Origin: an uncultured Gemmatimonadales bacterium
GTDB lineage: Bacteria; Gemmatimonadota; Gemmatimonadetes; Gemmatimonadales; Gemmatimonadaceae
Direction of reading: 5' to 3'
Length of the DNA stretch: 64,000 nucleotides
Assembly (NCBI GenBank): GCA_964556695.1
Contig: CAZKXZ010000023.1
Coordinates: 1,174 to 65,173 of the forward strand
Below the pieces are notes generated by a model. The model was given only the letters and a program-made list of their open reading frames with translations. It searched no databases and had not been told where the DNA came from. The position numbers and the translations under genes are program-made. Below, one piece after another: positions 34,859 to 43,524 of this stretch (position 1 is its first letter; each line of letters begins with the position of its first letter).

Positions 34859-36031
34859 TCAGCGGGCGCCGCGAGTGAGACGATAACGCACCAGGCTCTC
34901 AATGCCGTCCTGATCAGGCTCAATCGCCCATAGTGTATTGAGATCGGTCTCTCCGATGCGCGCCTTGGCCGGAAGCAGAAACTGGCCGACCGGTTCGCCG
35001 CGCAGATCGAACACGAGGTACTGACGTGTGACGGTTGATGTGCGCATTCCAACACAAATGCTGCCATCACGGCCAACATGCAATGACGCCAGCGGTGGGT
35101 ATGCAGGTGGGACTCGCACCTGGGCGCGGTACTGAGCGGCATACCCCTGGAAGGCTTTCAGCGAGTTCAGCTGCTGCACGGTCTTCTCGATCGCTTCCTG
35201 TGCAACGTTCCTCGGAATTGGCTCCGGTGTGAAAGGATATCTTCGCGAGAAAATGGTATCGCCGGCGCCTCCTATCGTCGTGATACCGAAGGTGCCAGCG
35301 TTGCGGCCTTCGACGGCTGCACCGACGATGACAACTCTGCTACCATCGTATGCAACTTCCGCGAATAGCTCTCCCACAAAGGGAACAACTGCCGAACCTT
35401 TCCCTAATGAGACAGTCCTTCCAGGCACACCGGCGACACCAGCGAGAAAGCGATCATGCACGCCGGTGGATTTCGCGCGAACGAATGCCGTCTTGAGGTC
35501 GCGGCTCCAAGCAGGCAGCTGCGCTGTGGAGTCTCCGAACGGAAGGCCACCGATGATGAGGTCGCCCGCGCGGGTTATCGCTCTCACCGCACCGAATACG
35601 ATGCGTGGCGTCGTTACGCTCGGTGATCCTCCGATATTCGGTTCCGCAGTACGCGGAGCGCGCAGCGACGCGGGAATCACAGTGATCCGGTGCGCTCTAT
35701 CATCGAAGACCCAAAGCGAATCTCCCAGCCAGCCAGCGTAACTGCTCACTGACCTGAACTCGCCGGGCCCATCGCCCGCTAGTCCGAACTTACCGATCAA
35801 CTTTCCGGCGGCGTCGTAGAACCGAATGAGTTTGTCCTGCTCCTGGCCGAACGCAATTCTTCCGTCGGCAGCAACCCGAACCCAACCGATGCGAACAAGA
35901 TCTTCCGTGTTTCCATCTATTCGAGTCTCGCGCGCCAGCGTGACACTCGGCGCGACCTGTGAAAGCACGGGCGACGTGTTTATCGCGATCGCGATGGCAA
36001 GCATTCCGTGAAAGAGCCTGATTCGTGTCAC
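34859..36031 (-). CDS. Secreted 6-bladed beta-propeller family protein, paralog P3
   Basis: Signal peptide. IRFYDAAGKLIGKFGLAGDGPGEF motif. C-terminal LVRYRLTR. Confidence 0.75.
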   Translation of the reverse strand: MTRIRLFHGMLAIAIAINTSPVLSQVAPSVTLARETRIDGNTEDLVRIGWVRVAADGRIAFGQEQDKLIRFYDAAGKLIGKFGLAGDGPGEFRSVSSYAGWLGDSLWVFDDRAHRITVIPASLRAPRTAEPNIGGSPSVTTPRIVFGAVRAITRAGDLIIGGLPFGDSTAQLPAWSRDLKTAFVRAKSTGVHDRFLAGVAGVPGRTVSLGKGSAVVPFVGELFAEVAYDGSRVVIVGAAVEGRNAGTFGITTIGGAGDTIFSRRYPFTPEPIPRNVAQEAIEKTVQQLNSLKAFQGYAAQYRAQVRVPPAYPPLASLHVGRDGSICVGMRTSTVTRQYLVFDLRGEPVGQFLLPAKARIGETDLNTLWAIEPDQDGIESLVRYRLTRGAR

Positions 36032-36120
36032 ATGGTCCTCACAATGATCTCATTCCATACCATATGTAAGCCGATACTCGCGCATCGCAAGAGGCCAGCC
36101 CCGCAGAAAACCCCTTCGCG

Positions 36121-36173
36121 GTCGTCTATCGTCTTTCGTCTATCGTTGCTCGTGGATCAGTCCTCGTCTATCT
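36121..36173. repeat. Degenerate heptamer tandem array (CGTCTAT-type), copy 1
   Basis: CGTCTAT CGTCTTT CGTCTAT CGTTGCT CGTGGAT CAGTCCT CGTCTAT. Roughly 85 percent identical, by hand count, to the reverse complement of 62252..62305. Confidence 0.8.
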
Positions 36174-36269
36174 GAAATGATCCGACATCGCAGATCGCCA
36201 ATCCCCAATCTCGACAAAGCACCAGTTGCATCCCCCTCCAGACCAGAGTTATTATCCTCCCCGTAGTCA

Positions 36270-36475
36270 ACAGCAAGGTGTCTTCGCGGAGATTCGCTCC
36301 GCAAAGATGAAACGGGAAACAGGTGAGCGGTTCGCCGCAATTCCTGTACTGCCCCCGCAACGGTAAGCGAGGCGGTGCGTCCCAAAGCCACTGTGGTTCT
36401 CCAAACCATGGGAAGGCGACGCACCAGGCGCAGAGTTCCGCGCTACTCGTGAGTCCGGAGACCGGCCTTGCGGTT
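36270..36475 (+). promoter_or_regulatory. Cobalamin (B12) riboswitch
   Basis: GGGAAACAGGTGAG, AATTCCTGTACTGCCCCCGCAACGGTAAGC, GCCACTG, GGGAAGGCG, and B12 box GAGTCCGGAGACCGGCC (36451..36467). Lies directly upstream of a TonB-dependent receptor. Boundaries are approximate. Confidence 0.85.
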
Positions 36476-36522
36476 CTATTCAACCGCTACAAAGCGTCGG
36501 GGATGACGCCAAGGGAGATTCC

Positions 36523-38598
36523 ATGCGTTTCATCGCAGTCGTATTGCTTGCAGCCATCGCGCTGCCCGCCTCCGCTTCCGCTCAGTCACAGCTTCCGCCA
36601 GTCATTGTTACCGCCACGCGCTTCCCGGACGACGCCAATCGTCTGCCTGCGAGTGTGACTGTGCTCAGCGCCGCCGACATACAGAAAAGCGCGGCGCGAA
36701 CTCTGCCCGAAATTCTTGCGGAGCAGGTTGGTCTCACCATGAAGGACCTCTTTGGCAACAATGCCGCGTTTACATCGGTGGATATGCGCGGCTTCGGCGT
36801 AACGGGCGGTCAGAATACTCTCATACTGGTCGATGGACGGCGCGTTTCCGATCCCGATCTCTCAGGCGTGTACTGGTCGGCAATTCCACTGTCATCAATC
36901 GAGCGCATCGAAATATTGCGGGGAACAGGTGCTGTCCTATACGGCGACGGTGCGACCGCGGGCGTGATCAACATCGTTATGCGTTCACCGCTGGAGCAGG
37001 GACGGCGCGCCGAATTGATGGGGCGAGTTGCCAATTACAGGACCCTCGAAGGCCAGATTTACGGCAGTGTTGTATCGCCAACGCTCGGCGCCAATACCAC
37101 GCTGCACATGGACAACTCCGATGGCTACAGAGAGAACAACCGCAATGAACAACAGAATGCGGCCCTCAATCTGCGCTGGGGTCCCGGCGATACGTGGATC
37201 GACCTGCGCCTCGGAATCGATCGTCAGAATCTGCGACTGCCCGGCGCGCGCGCGGTCCAGGCGTCCAACAGTACGGACGAACTCGCAAGTGACAGACGCG
37301 GTGCGCAGACTCCGCTCGATTCGTCGAGCAGAGACAGCGAACGCGCCGGTGTGACTGTTGAGACAAAGATCGGCAAGGCGGAACTCAATATCGGAGTGGA
37401 CTGGCGCGGCAAGGAAATGCAAGCGTATTTCGACTTTGGGGGAGGCTTCTCCAATTATCGCGACGATGCTCTCGATGTCATCTCGCTAACCCCGCGGCTC
37501 CGTCTTCCTGTGACGCTTGCAGGCATGCAGCATCGCTTCACACTCGGCGATGACTGGCACGCTTGGAGTTACGATTCACACCGCTCCGATCACGCCGAGA
37601 ATATCGCAACGCCCATCAACATCGTGCGCGTTGACCAGGACATGCAGGGCTGGTACCTCCAGGATGCGATTGAACTGAGTGCGAAGTCACTGCTCACTCT
37701 TGGTTGGCGCCAGGACCGTGTCAAATACGACGCGACCGATGTGTTCGATGCATCAGCACCAGGAGCGGGCTTCGGGAGCGAAGCTCCGGCAGCGAGCCAG
37801 ACGCAGCACCAGCATGCGTGGGAGGTGGGACTGCGTCATTCCACATCCGCAAGCACTGCGCTTTTCGGACGTGCGCAGCGAAGCTTCCGTTTCGTCAACG
37901 CTGACGAGATCTATGAACCCAACGAGACCTTCAGCAACACGTTCCAGATTCTGCGGCCGCAGACAGCGCAATCGTACGAGCTGGGTGCGGAGTGGCGCGC
38001 TGAGGGCCGGGCTGTTCGTGTAACTCTGTTTCAGATGGATATTGACGATGAGATCCATCTCGACGCATTCACGACTGGCACCGGGAACACCAACCTTCCG
38101 CCATCGCGACGCAAGGGCGTGGAAGTTGAAACGATGTTGCAGGCTACGACAAAACTGGGACTGTTGGCAGGCTACGCTTTCACCGACGCAAAGTTCCTCG
38201 ACGGTGTGCTGCCTGGTGGACCGTTTGTGATCGGGACCGACATCAATATCGCAGGCAAAAAGGTGCCGCTGGTGCCGGAGCACAAACTGAATCTCGGCAT
38301 GGTCTGGGATGTTATGGACGGCACGCGATTGTCAGCGTCGTTCACGTCGCTCAGCAAGCAGTACATGGACAACGACGAACCCAACACACTCGGCATTCAG
38401 ATTCCGGCGTATTCGCTGCTGGATGTAAAGGTGGCGCGCGAATTTGGCTGGGGCAGGCTCGCTGCTTCAGTCAACAACCTTCTTGATGAGCAGTACTACA
38501 CCTACGGAGTCCGCAGCCAGTTCACGGCAGATCGCTACGCAGTCTATCCATTACCGGGACGAGGATTCAATTTGATGGCGGTGGTAAGAATCGACTGA
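36523..38598 (+). CDS. btuB: TonB-dependent receptor, likely corrinoid/cobalamin transporter (BtuB-like)
   Basis: Signal peptide. Plug start PPVIVTATRF. IEILRG. Long beta-barrel body. Preceded by a cobalamin riboswitch. The substrate is inferred from the riboswitch only. Confidence 0.85.
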   Translation: MRFIAVVLLAAIALPASASAQSQLPPVIVTATRFPDDANRLPASVTVLSAADIQKSAARTLPEILAEQVGLTMKDLFGNNAAFTSVDMRGFGVTGGQNTLILVDGRRVSDPDLSGVYWSAIPLSSIERIEILRGTGAVLYGDGATAGVINIVMRSPLEQGRRAELMGRVANYRTLEGQIYGSVVSPTLGANTTLHMDNSDGYRENNRNEQQNAALNLRWGPGDTWIDLRLGIDRQNLRLPGARAVQASNSTDELASDRRGAQTPLDSSSRDSERAGVTVETKIGKAELNIGVDWRGKEMQAYFDFGGGFSNYRDDALDVISLTPRLRLPVTLAGMQHRFTLGDDWHAWSYDSHRSDHAENIATPINIVRVDQDMQGWYLQDAIELSAKSLLTLGWRQDRVKYDATDVFDASAPGAGFGSEAPAASQTQHQHAWEVGLRHSTSASTALFGRAQRSFRFVNADEIYEPNETFSNTFQILRPQTAQSYELGAEWRAEGRAVRVTLFQMDIDDEIHLDAFTTGTGNTNLPPSRRKGVEVETMLQATTKLGLLAGYAFTDAKFLDGVLPGGPFVIGTDINIAGKKVPLVPEHKLNLGMVWDVMDGTRLSASFTSLSKQYMDNDEPNTLGIQIPAYSLLDVKVAREFGWGRLAASVNNLLDEQYYTYGVRSQFTADRYAVYPLPGRGFNLMAVVRID

Positions 38599-38746
38599 AC
38601 TGCATCGTGGCCGGAACCCTCCGAGTGCTTATCTGGCTGAGCCCCCTTGCCGTCTGCGCCGCCCCGGCGGAGAATTACCGTGTCAGAAAGATCTGGAAAC
38701 GATCGCGCGCGACTGGTACTCTGCGCGCCTCAAGAGAGGGGGATCG

Positions 38747-39886
38747 ATGCCCATAATGATTGGCAAGGCTGTCGGCGAGAGCGGCACCAACAACGGACCC
38801 GATGTTTTGAAGGTCGACGAGCTGCTCAGGGCTGTGGGAATGCTGGGAAGTATCTCGCCAACAACACAGACGCGCAACGAAGCGATCAAGTGTTTCCAGG
38901 AAATCTGGGAACTTCGTTCCGCTGGAAAGTACAACGGGACCATTGAACCCAATGGAGCGACGCTACAGAGGCTCAATCAGACTGCGACACCGCTCAAGCT
39001 GAATGAGATCGGCCTGAAGAAAATTGGCAAGGGCGGCTACAAGATTTCTTTCACGGGTGACGTGCCGCCGAAACCTTACCAGGTCTGGCTCGGGCGCAGC
39101 GCCGTGCATGCCGACTACGTTGACATCACGGGATGCAATGCTGCCGATGTGATGACTCCGAATAACCTTCCCGAGCTACTCAAGATCATCCAGCGACACA
39201 ACTCATGGGGGCTGAATCTCGAGCTGAAGCTGTTCGTTGTGCTCAAGGGAAAGGTGATCACGACCTCACTGCCCAAGCTGCTCGCATGTCCTGTTAGGCC
39301 GCACAACGCCAAGTTGCTTCCGCTCGACGACGAGAACAACGGCGATCAGCTCACCTATCAGGGCGATGCGGTTGCGAAGACGTACAACGGTCGCTGGCTT
39401 CAGAAGGCTGAAGGATTCGACGGGCTCTTCTTCGCGTACTTCTTCGACCCGGCGACCGGCGACTCCAACTTCGAGACCGACAGCACGAAGAGAGGGTTTG
39501 ATTGCATCACCTACGCGGGCACCGCCTGCGGAGTGCCCCCGATGCATATCGGCGCCACATCCAGTCTTCTCGCATATCTGCAGCCCACGAAGTGTCTTTG
39601 CGACAAGCAGGTTCCGGCAACGAAACCAGGACAGCCGCCGACAACCACGAAGGTGGAGCTTGAGAGTGCGGACGCGAAGGACATTGCGAACTTCTTCAAG
39701 GTGAACAACTCGGGATACTACCTCATGTGGAGCAGCGAGCATGTGGTGCTCGTCGCAGATGGTTTCGTCCACGAATTCTCAGCCTCCAAAAAAGGCTACA
39801 GATGGGCGAGCACGGACGACTGGCTCGACAAGCGAGGCAAGCTGAGCGTGCGCAAGCTCACAACGAAACCGGCGCGGGCGGTATGA
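38747..39886 (+). CDS. Hypothetical protein with N-terminal peptidoglycan-binding-like segment and C-terminal NlpC/P60- or CHAP-like Cys/His motifs; no signal peptide
   Basis: SD AGAGGGGGA upstream. GPDVLKVDELLRAVGML...AIKCFQEIW...NGTIEPNGATLQRLN resembles PG_binding_1. RGFDCITYAG and SSEHVVLVADGFVHEFS resemble the NlpC/P60 Cys and HVGIY..G..IHA strands. Looks less GC-rich than its neighbours by eye. Confidence 0.65.
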   Translation: MPIMIGKAVGESGTNNGPDVLKVDELLRAVGMLGSISPTTQTRNEAIKCFQEIWELRSAGKYNGTIEPNGATLQRLNQTATPLKLNEIGLKKIGKGGYKISFTGDVPPKPYQVWLGRSAVHADYVDITGCNAADVMTPNNLPELLKIIQRHNSWGLNLELKLFVVLKGKVITTSLPKLLACPVRPHNAKLLPLDDENNGDQLTYQGDAVAKTYNGRWLQKAEGFDGLFFAYFFDPATGDSNFETDSTKRGFDCITYAGTACGVPPMHIGATSSLLAYLQPTKCLCDKQVPATKPGQPPTTTKVELESADAKDIANFFKVNNSGYYLMWSSEHVVLVADGFVHEFSASKKGYRWASTDDWLDKRGKLSVRKLTTKPARAV

Positions 39887-41028
39887 CACAAGCAAGAGCA
39901 CTAATGCGAGTCGTCGCAGTGTTATGGGCCGTGTTCCTGTTCGACTCCGCCGCTGCACAGACAGCAATTCCAACGCGCGAGTTGCGCGAAGAGATGCGCA
40001 TCGTGTCAAACGATGCCTCGCTCGGAACTTCGCTTACTTCAATTGCATCTGCGGTTGTGCTGCCCGATGGCCGGCTACTGACCCTGCATTCGACCGAAGC
40101 GGTGATACGTGTCTTTGATGCCACCGGTCGCTTTGTAACGATGTTTGGCCGCAAGGGAGAAGGACCAGGTGAATTCAACAGGCCGCTCGGCATGGGACTC
40201 ATTGGTGACGCGATCTGGGTTCGCGACCTTGGCAAGGCCTACAAAGTCTTTGGTCCGGACTTGAAACCAATCGGTCAGGTGGCACAACCCGGCACCGGTG
40301 GCTTCTACTCCGGGTTGGTCTCGACAACATCCAGCCTCTACAGACCGACAGCCGATACAACTTCCGCAATGCCATTCGGCATCTACGACAAAGATGGAAA
40401 ACTCTCCAGGCGCATCGCGCTTGACTTTGAGAGGAGCGTGCATGAGTTCCAGGTGAAGGACGCGCAACTCGCAGCCATGAGGGTAGCAACAGGAACGCCG
40501 AGCGCTAGCGCCGACATGCGCAACATGACCTCACCGCTCGGCGCATACACCAATGTCGCCCTCGCGCCCGGCGGAAGGGAACTCATTGTTCTGCAACCGT
40601 GGGCAATATGGGGAGGTAAGCCTGGCCAGTTTACCATCCGGCGAATCCCGATTGCTACCGGAGTGCAGACGGCGCCGGTTACGGTTTCCTTCATCCCAAC
40701 CAAGGTCACTGCAAGTCAGGCTGATTCAATTATTACACGCGCCATAGGTCGTAACACGCAAATAACTGACGAATACCGGTCCAAGGTGAAGCTGGCTGAG
40801 TACCACCAGCCATACGCCAGATTTGACATCATGAATGACAACAGGCTCTGGCTGTGGGAACCTGGAGTTGAGGGATCGGTCAACGTCGTCGCGACAGACG
40901 GCAAACCGGTTATGCACGTGCAACTCCCCAAAGGACTGTATGTGCTCGCCGCGAACGCGACGCATGTGTGGGGTACTCTCACCGATGCTGATGGATTGCC
41001 GATCATTGTTCGCTATCGCATTCAGTAG
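39883..41028 (+). CDS. Secreted 6-bladed beta-propeller family protein, paralog P4
   Basis: ATG 39883 overlaps the upstream stop (ATGA). Signal MTQARALMRVVAVLWAVFLFDSAAAQ. IRVFDATGRFVTMFGRKGEGPGEF. C-terminal IVRYRIQ. Confidence 0.75.
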   Translation: MTQARALMRVVAVLWAVFLFDSAAAQTAIPTRELREEMRIVSNDASLGTSLTSIASAVVLPDGRLLTLHSTEAVIRVFDATGRFVTMFGRKGEGPGEFNRPLGMGLIGDAIWVRDLGKAYKVFGPDLKPIGQVAQPGTGGFYSGLVSTTSSLYRPTADTTSAMPFGIYDKDGKLSRRIALDFERSVHEFQVKDAQLAAMRVATGTPSASADMRNMTSPLGAYTNVALAPGGRELIVLQPWAIWGGKPGQFTIRRIPIATGVQTAPVTVSFIPTKVTASQADSIITRAIGRNTQITDEYRSKVKLAEYHQPYARFDIMNDNRLWLWEPGVEGSVNVVATDGKPVMHVQLPKGLYVLAANATHVWGTLTDADGLPIIVRYRIQ

Positions 41029-41065
41029 CAGCCGCGATTCACAACGCAACAGACAGGGAACACTA

Positions 41066-42193
41066 ATGCGACCAGCAACAGCCCTCTTCGCAGTTCTCAT
41101 CTTCTCGCTGCCCAGCCACAATGTCGGCGTGCATGGAGCGAAGTACTCCTCCACAGCAGCGGTCGAGCGCCGTCTGTACGTTACCGATGCCTCGGGCATC
41201 AGCGTATATGACATCGACAACGGTCACACATTCCTCCGAAAAATCGCCATCCCGAATAGCGGCGCGTACAAAGGCATCGGAGCCAGCGCACCGCTCGGAC
41301 TTCTATATGTAACGTCCAACAGGGGCGACGAACTGATCGCAATCAATCTCGCCAACGATTCCATCGCGTGGCGCAAGAATGTTGGCAGGTACGCGGACAG
41401 CTTCTGGGTTACTCCAGATGGGAAGCGGATGTACATGCCTCTCCGAGGCGGCATTTACTGGGTGCTGCTCAACGGTGCAGACGGCGCGGTGCTCGACAGC
41501 ATTCCCACTGAGAGCGGCAAGCCCTACGAGGTCGATCGCATAGCTGATATCGGCCCGCACAACACCTGGATGGATTCCGCCGGCAAACGTGTCTACATGC
41601 AGGTACTCACGGTGCCATATCTCTACGTTGCCGACGCGTCAACCAATGAAGTGCTTGGCAAGATCGGACCGTTCAGCAAGGGACTGCGTCCCTTCGCTGT
41701 GAGCGCAGATGAGCGCTTTGTTTACGCGAACGTGGACGCTCTGCTTGGCTTCGAGATCGCTGAAGTCACGAAGAATCCGTGGGGTGGCAAGGTGATTCAT
41801 CGAGTAGAGGCGAAAACACCAGTGGAGCGCTTCACCGAAATACCCACGCCGCCAAGAGCAAAACCGCACAGCACATGGAGCCACGGTCTCAATGTGACGC
41901 CGGATGGCAAGGAAGTGTGGATCGTGGATGGCGTCTACGGTTACGTGTACCCATTCGACGTCACAGTCTCGCCGCCGAAGCAGATAGCAAGCATTGCGTT
42001 GTTCAAAGATCCGGCGGAAAGGCCCCATCCTGGCTGGATCTCATTCAGCATCGATGGACGCTACGCCTATCCCGATGGCGGTGTGGTGATCGACACGCGC
42101 ACCAAGCAGGTAGTCGCGCGCATTCCCACGAGCGAGAAACTCATCGAAGTCGATTTCGACGGTGGCAAGGTGGTGCGTGTAGGCCACCGGTAG
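41066..42193 (+). CDS. Secreted YncE/YVTN-like beta-propeller repeat protein
   Basis: Signal peptide from ATG 41066. Repeated LYVTD/LYVTSNRGDELIAINL/VTPDGKRMY/LYVADASTNEVLGKI/VSADERFVY/VTPDGKEVWIVD units are typical of YVTN/lactonase-type propellers. Confidence 0.65.
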   Translation: MRPATALFAVLIFSLPSHNVGVHGAKYSSTAAVERRLYVTDASGISVYDIDNGHTFLRKIAIPNSGAYKGIGASAPLGLLYVTSNRGDELIAINLANDSIAWRKNVGRYADSFWVTPDGKRMYMPLRGGIYWVLLNGADGAVLDSIPTESGKPYEVDRIADIGPHNTWMDSAGKRVYMQVLTVPYLYVADASTNEVLGKIGPFSKGLRPFAVSADERFVYANVDALLGFEIAEVTKNPWGGKVIHRVEAKTPVERFTEIPTPPRAKPHSTWSHGLNVTPDGKEVWIVDGVYGYVYPFDVTVSPPKQIASIALFKDPAERPHPGWISFSIDGRYAYPDGGVVIDTRTKQVVARIPTSEKLIEVDFDGGKVVRVGHR

Positions 42194-42277
42194 CCCTCCA
42201 GTGCTCTAGTTCGGCCCCCATCTTGCGTTTTCCTCCCTCAGGCTTGTTTAAGCGAGCCAACTCAGCGGGAGGAACGG

Positions 42278-42994
42278 ATGGGATCGGTTCACCGGCGCTC
42301 GCTCTTCGCGTATATGTCGCTGCTATTCGTAGCCAGCACGACACAGCCCTCAGAGCAGCAGCACACAACATTGGTCGGCACAATAGGCTCCGACACGGTC
42401 GCGGTCGACCGGTTCATTCGTTCGGCCGAACATATCGAGGGTGTTTTGTTTGTGCGTCGTCCTCAGCCGCACACGATGCACTACAAGGCTGCGCTCGCGC
42501 CCGAAGGCCGATTCAGCCTGATGGAAATAATCTGGCGCGATACGAAGGGTGTTGAGACGCGCAGCGCGCGCATCAGTTTTGGAGTCGACAGCATCAGGAG
42601 TGAACTGAAAGACGGAAGTGTGAGAAAGTTCAGCGCGCCACCCACTCTGGATGCGATTCCATTGCCTCCGCAGCCTTATGCGTCGCACTGCTACGCTTTG
42701 CTCGAACATGCCGCGATCGTGCTGTTGATGTCGAAGCAACCAGTGATGACCGACATCGAATGGATCAGTGCTGGTGCGACGAAAGTCGAGAAGCGCCGGA
42801 TTCGTCGCAGCGTCGGTGACACAATCGCGATCGACTTTATGGCGGGCCCGGTGCGCGTGTATGCCGATACTGAGCGACGTGCGATCTGGCTGACCGTTGG
42901 AAATAAGCCCGCGCAAGTCGTTGTGAAACGATCCGACAAGGACATTAACATCGAAAAGCTCGTCGCCTCCTTCGTCAGGCGTGACAGACTATGA
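42278..42994 (+). CDS. Secreted hypothetical protein
   Basis: Hydrophobic N-terminus (SLFAYMSLLFVAS). No family recognised. Its stop overlaps the next start (ATGA). Confidence 0.5.
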   Translation: MGSVHRRSLFAYMSLLFVASTTQPSEQQHTTLVGTIGSDTVAVDRFIRSAEHIEGVLFVRRPQPHTMHYKAALAPEGRFSLMEIIWRDTKGVETRSARISFGVDSIRSELKDGSVRKFSAPPTLDAIPLPPQPYASHCYALLEHAAIVLLMSKQPVMTDIEWISAGATKVEKRRIRRSVGDTIAIDFMAGPVRVYADTERRAIWLTVGNKPAQVVVKRSDKDINIEKLVASFVRRDRL

Positions 42995-43524
42995 GCTCAA
43001 TGTCTGATGTTCCCTTCTCCAGAATGTGGCCGGTTCTCTTCATGGTCGCGGCATTGCTTGTTGCGCCGGGCAAACGAACGCACGCTCAGGTGCTGCCCGC
43101 TGCAGCGGGGACCGCCGGTGGGTTCGTTGCGGGAACGATCGTGACGCTGGGCATCGTCGTCTTCAAGGCGCGGTTGGGCCATTACCTCTACGGACTGGAT
43201 GATCTGGTCTCGATTCGGCCGGAAATCTTTCCCATCCTGATTGGTCCTGTGGCTGGTGGGGTGATGGGTGCGACTTCACCCGCAACGCTGCGCCGCGCTG
43301 GCACTGGTGCGCTCATTGGACTTGCCGGTGGCGCAGCAATCGGCGCCGGCGTTGGACAGATCATCGGGACGACGAGTGAAGGCACCTGGGCTGGAGGGAT
43401 TATTGGTGGGGCCGCGGGAATGCTCGCCGGTTCCATTGTCTACGCCCTGCGCGGCTCCGGAAATGACAGCGGTACATCTGTGCCGCTTGCATCGATGTCG
43501 ATCAAGGTTCCGTGGGGAAGATGA
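42991..43524 (+). CDS. Glycine-zipper-type small membrane protein
   Basis: Signal or TM segment, then Gly-rich segments AAGTAGGFVAGTIV, GPVAGGVMGA, GALIGLAGGAAIGAGVGQIIG and GGIIGGAAGMLAGSIV. Confidence 0.55.
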   Translation: MSSMSDVPFSRMWPVLFMVAALLVAPGKRTHAQVLPAAAGTAGGFVAGTIVTLGIVVFKARLGHYLYGLDDLVSIRPEIFPILIGPVAGGVMGATSPATLRRAGTGALIGLAGGAAIGAGVGQIIGTTSEGTWAGGIIGGAAGMLAGSIVYALRGSGNDSGTSVPLASMSIKVPWGR

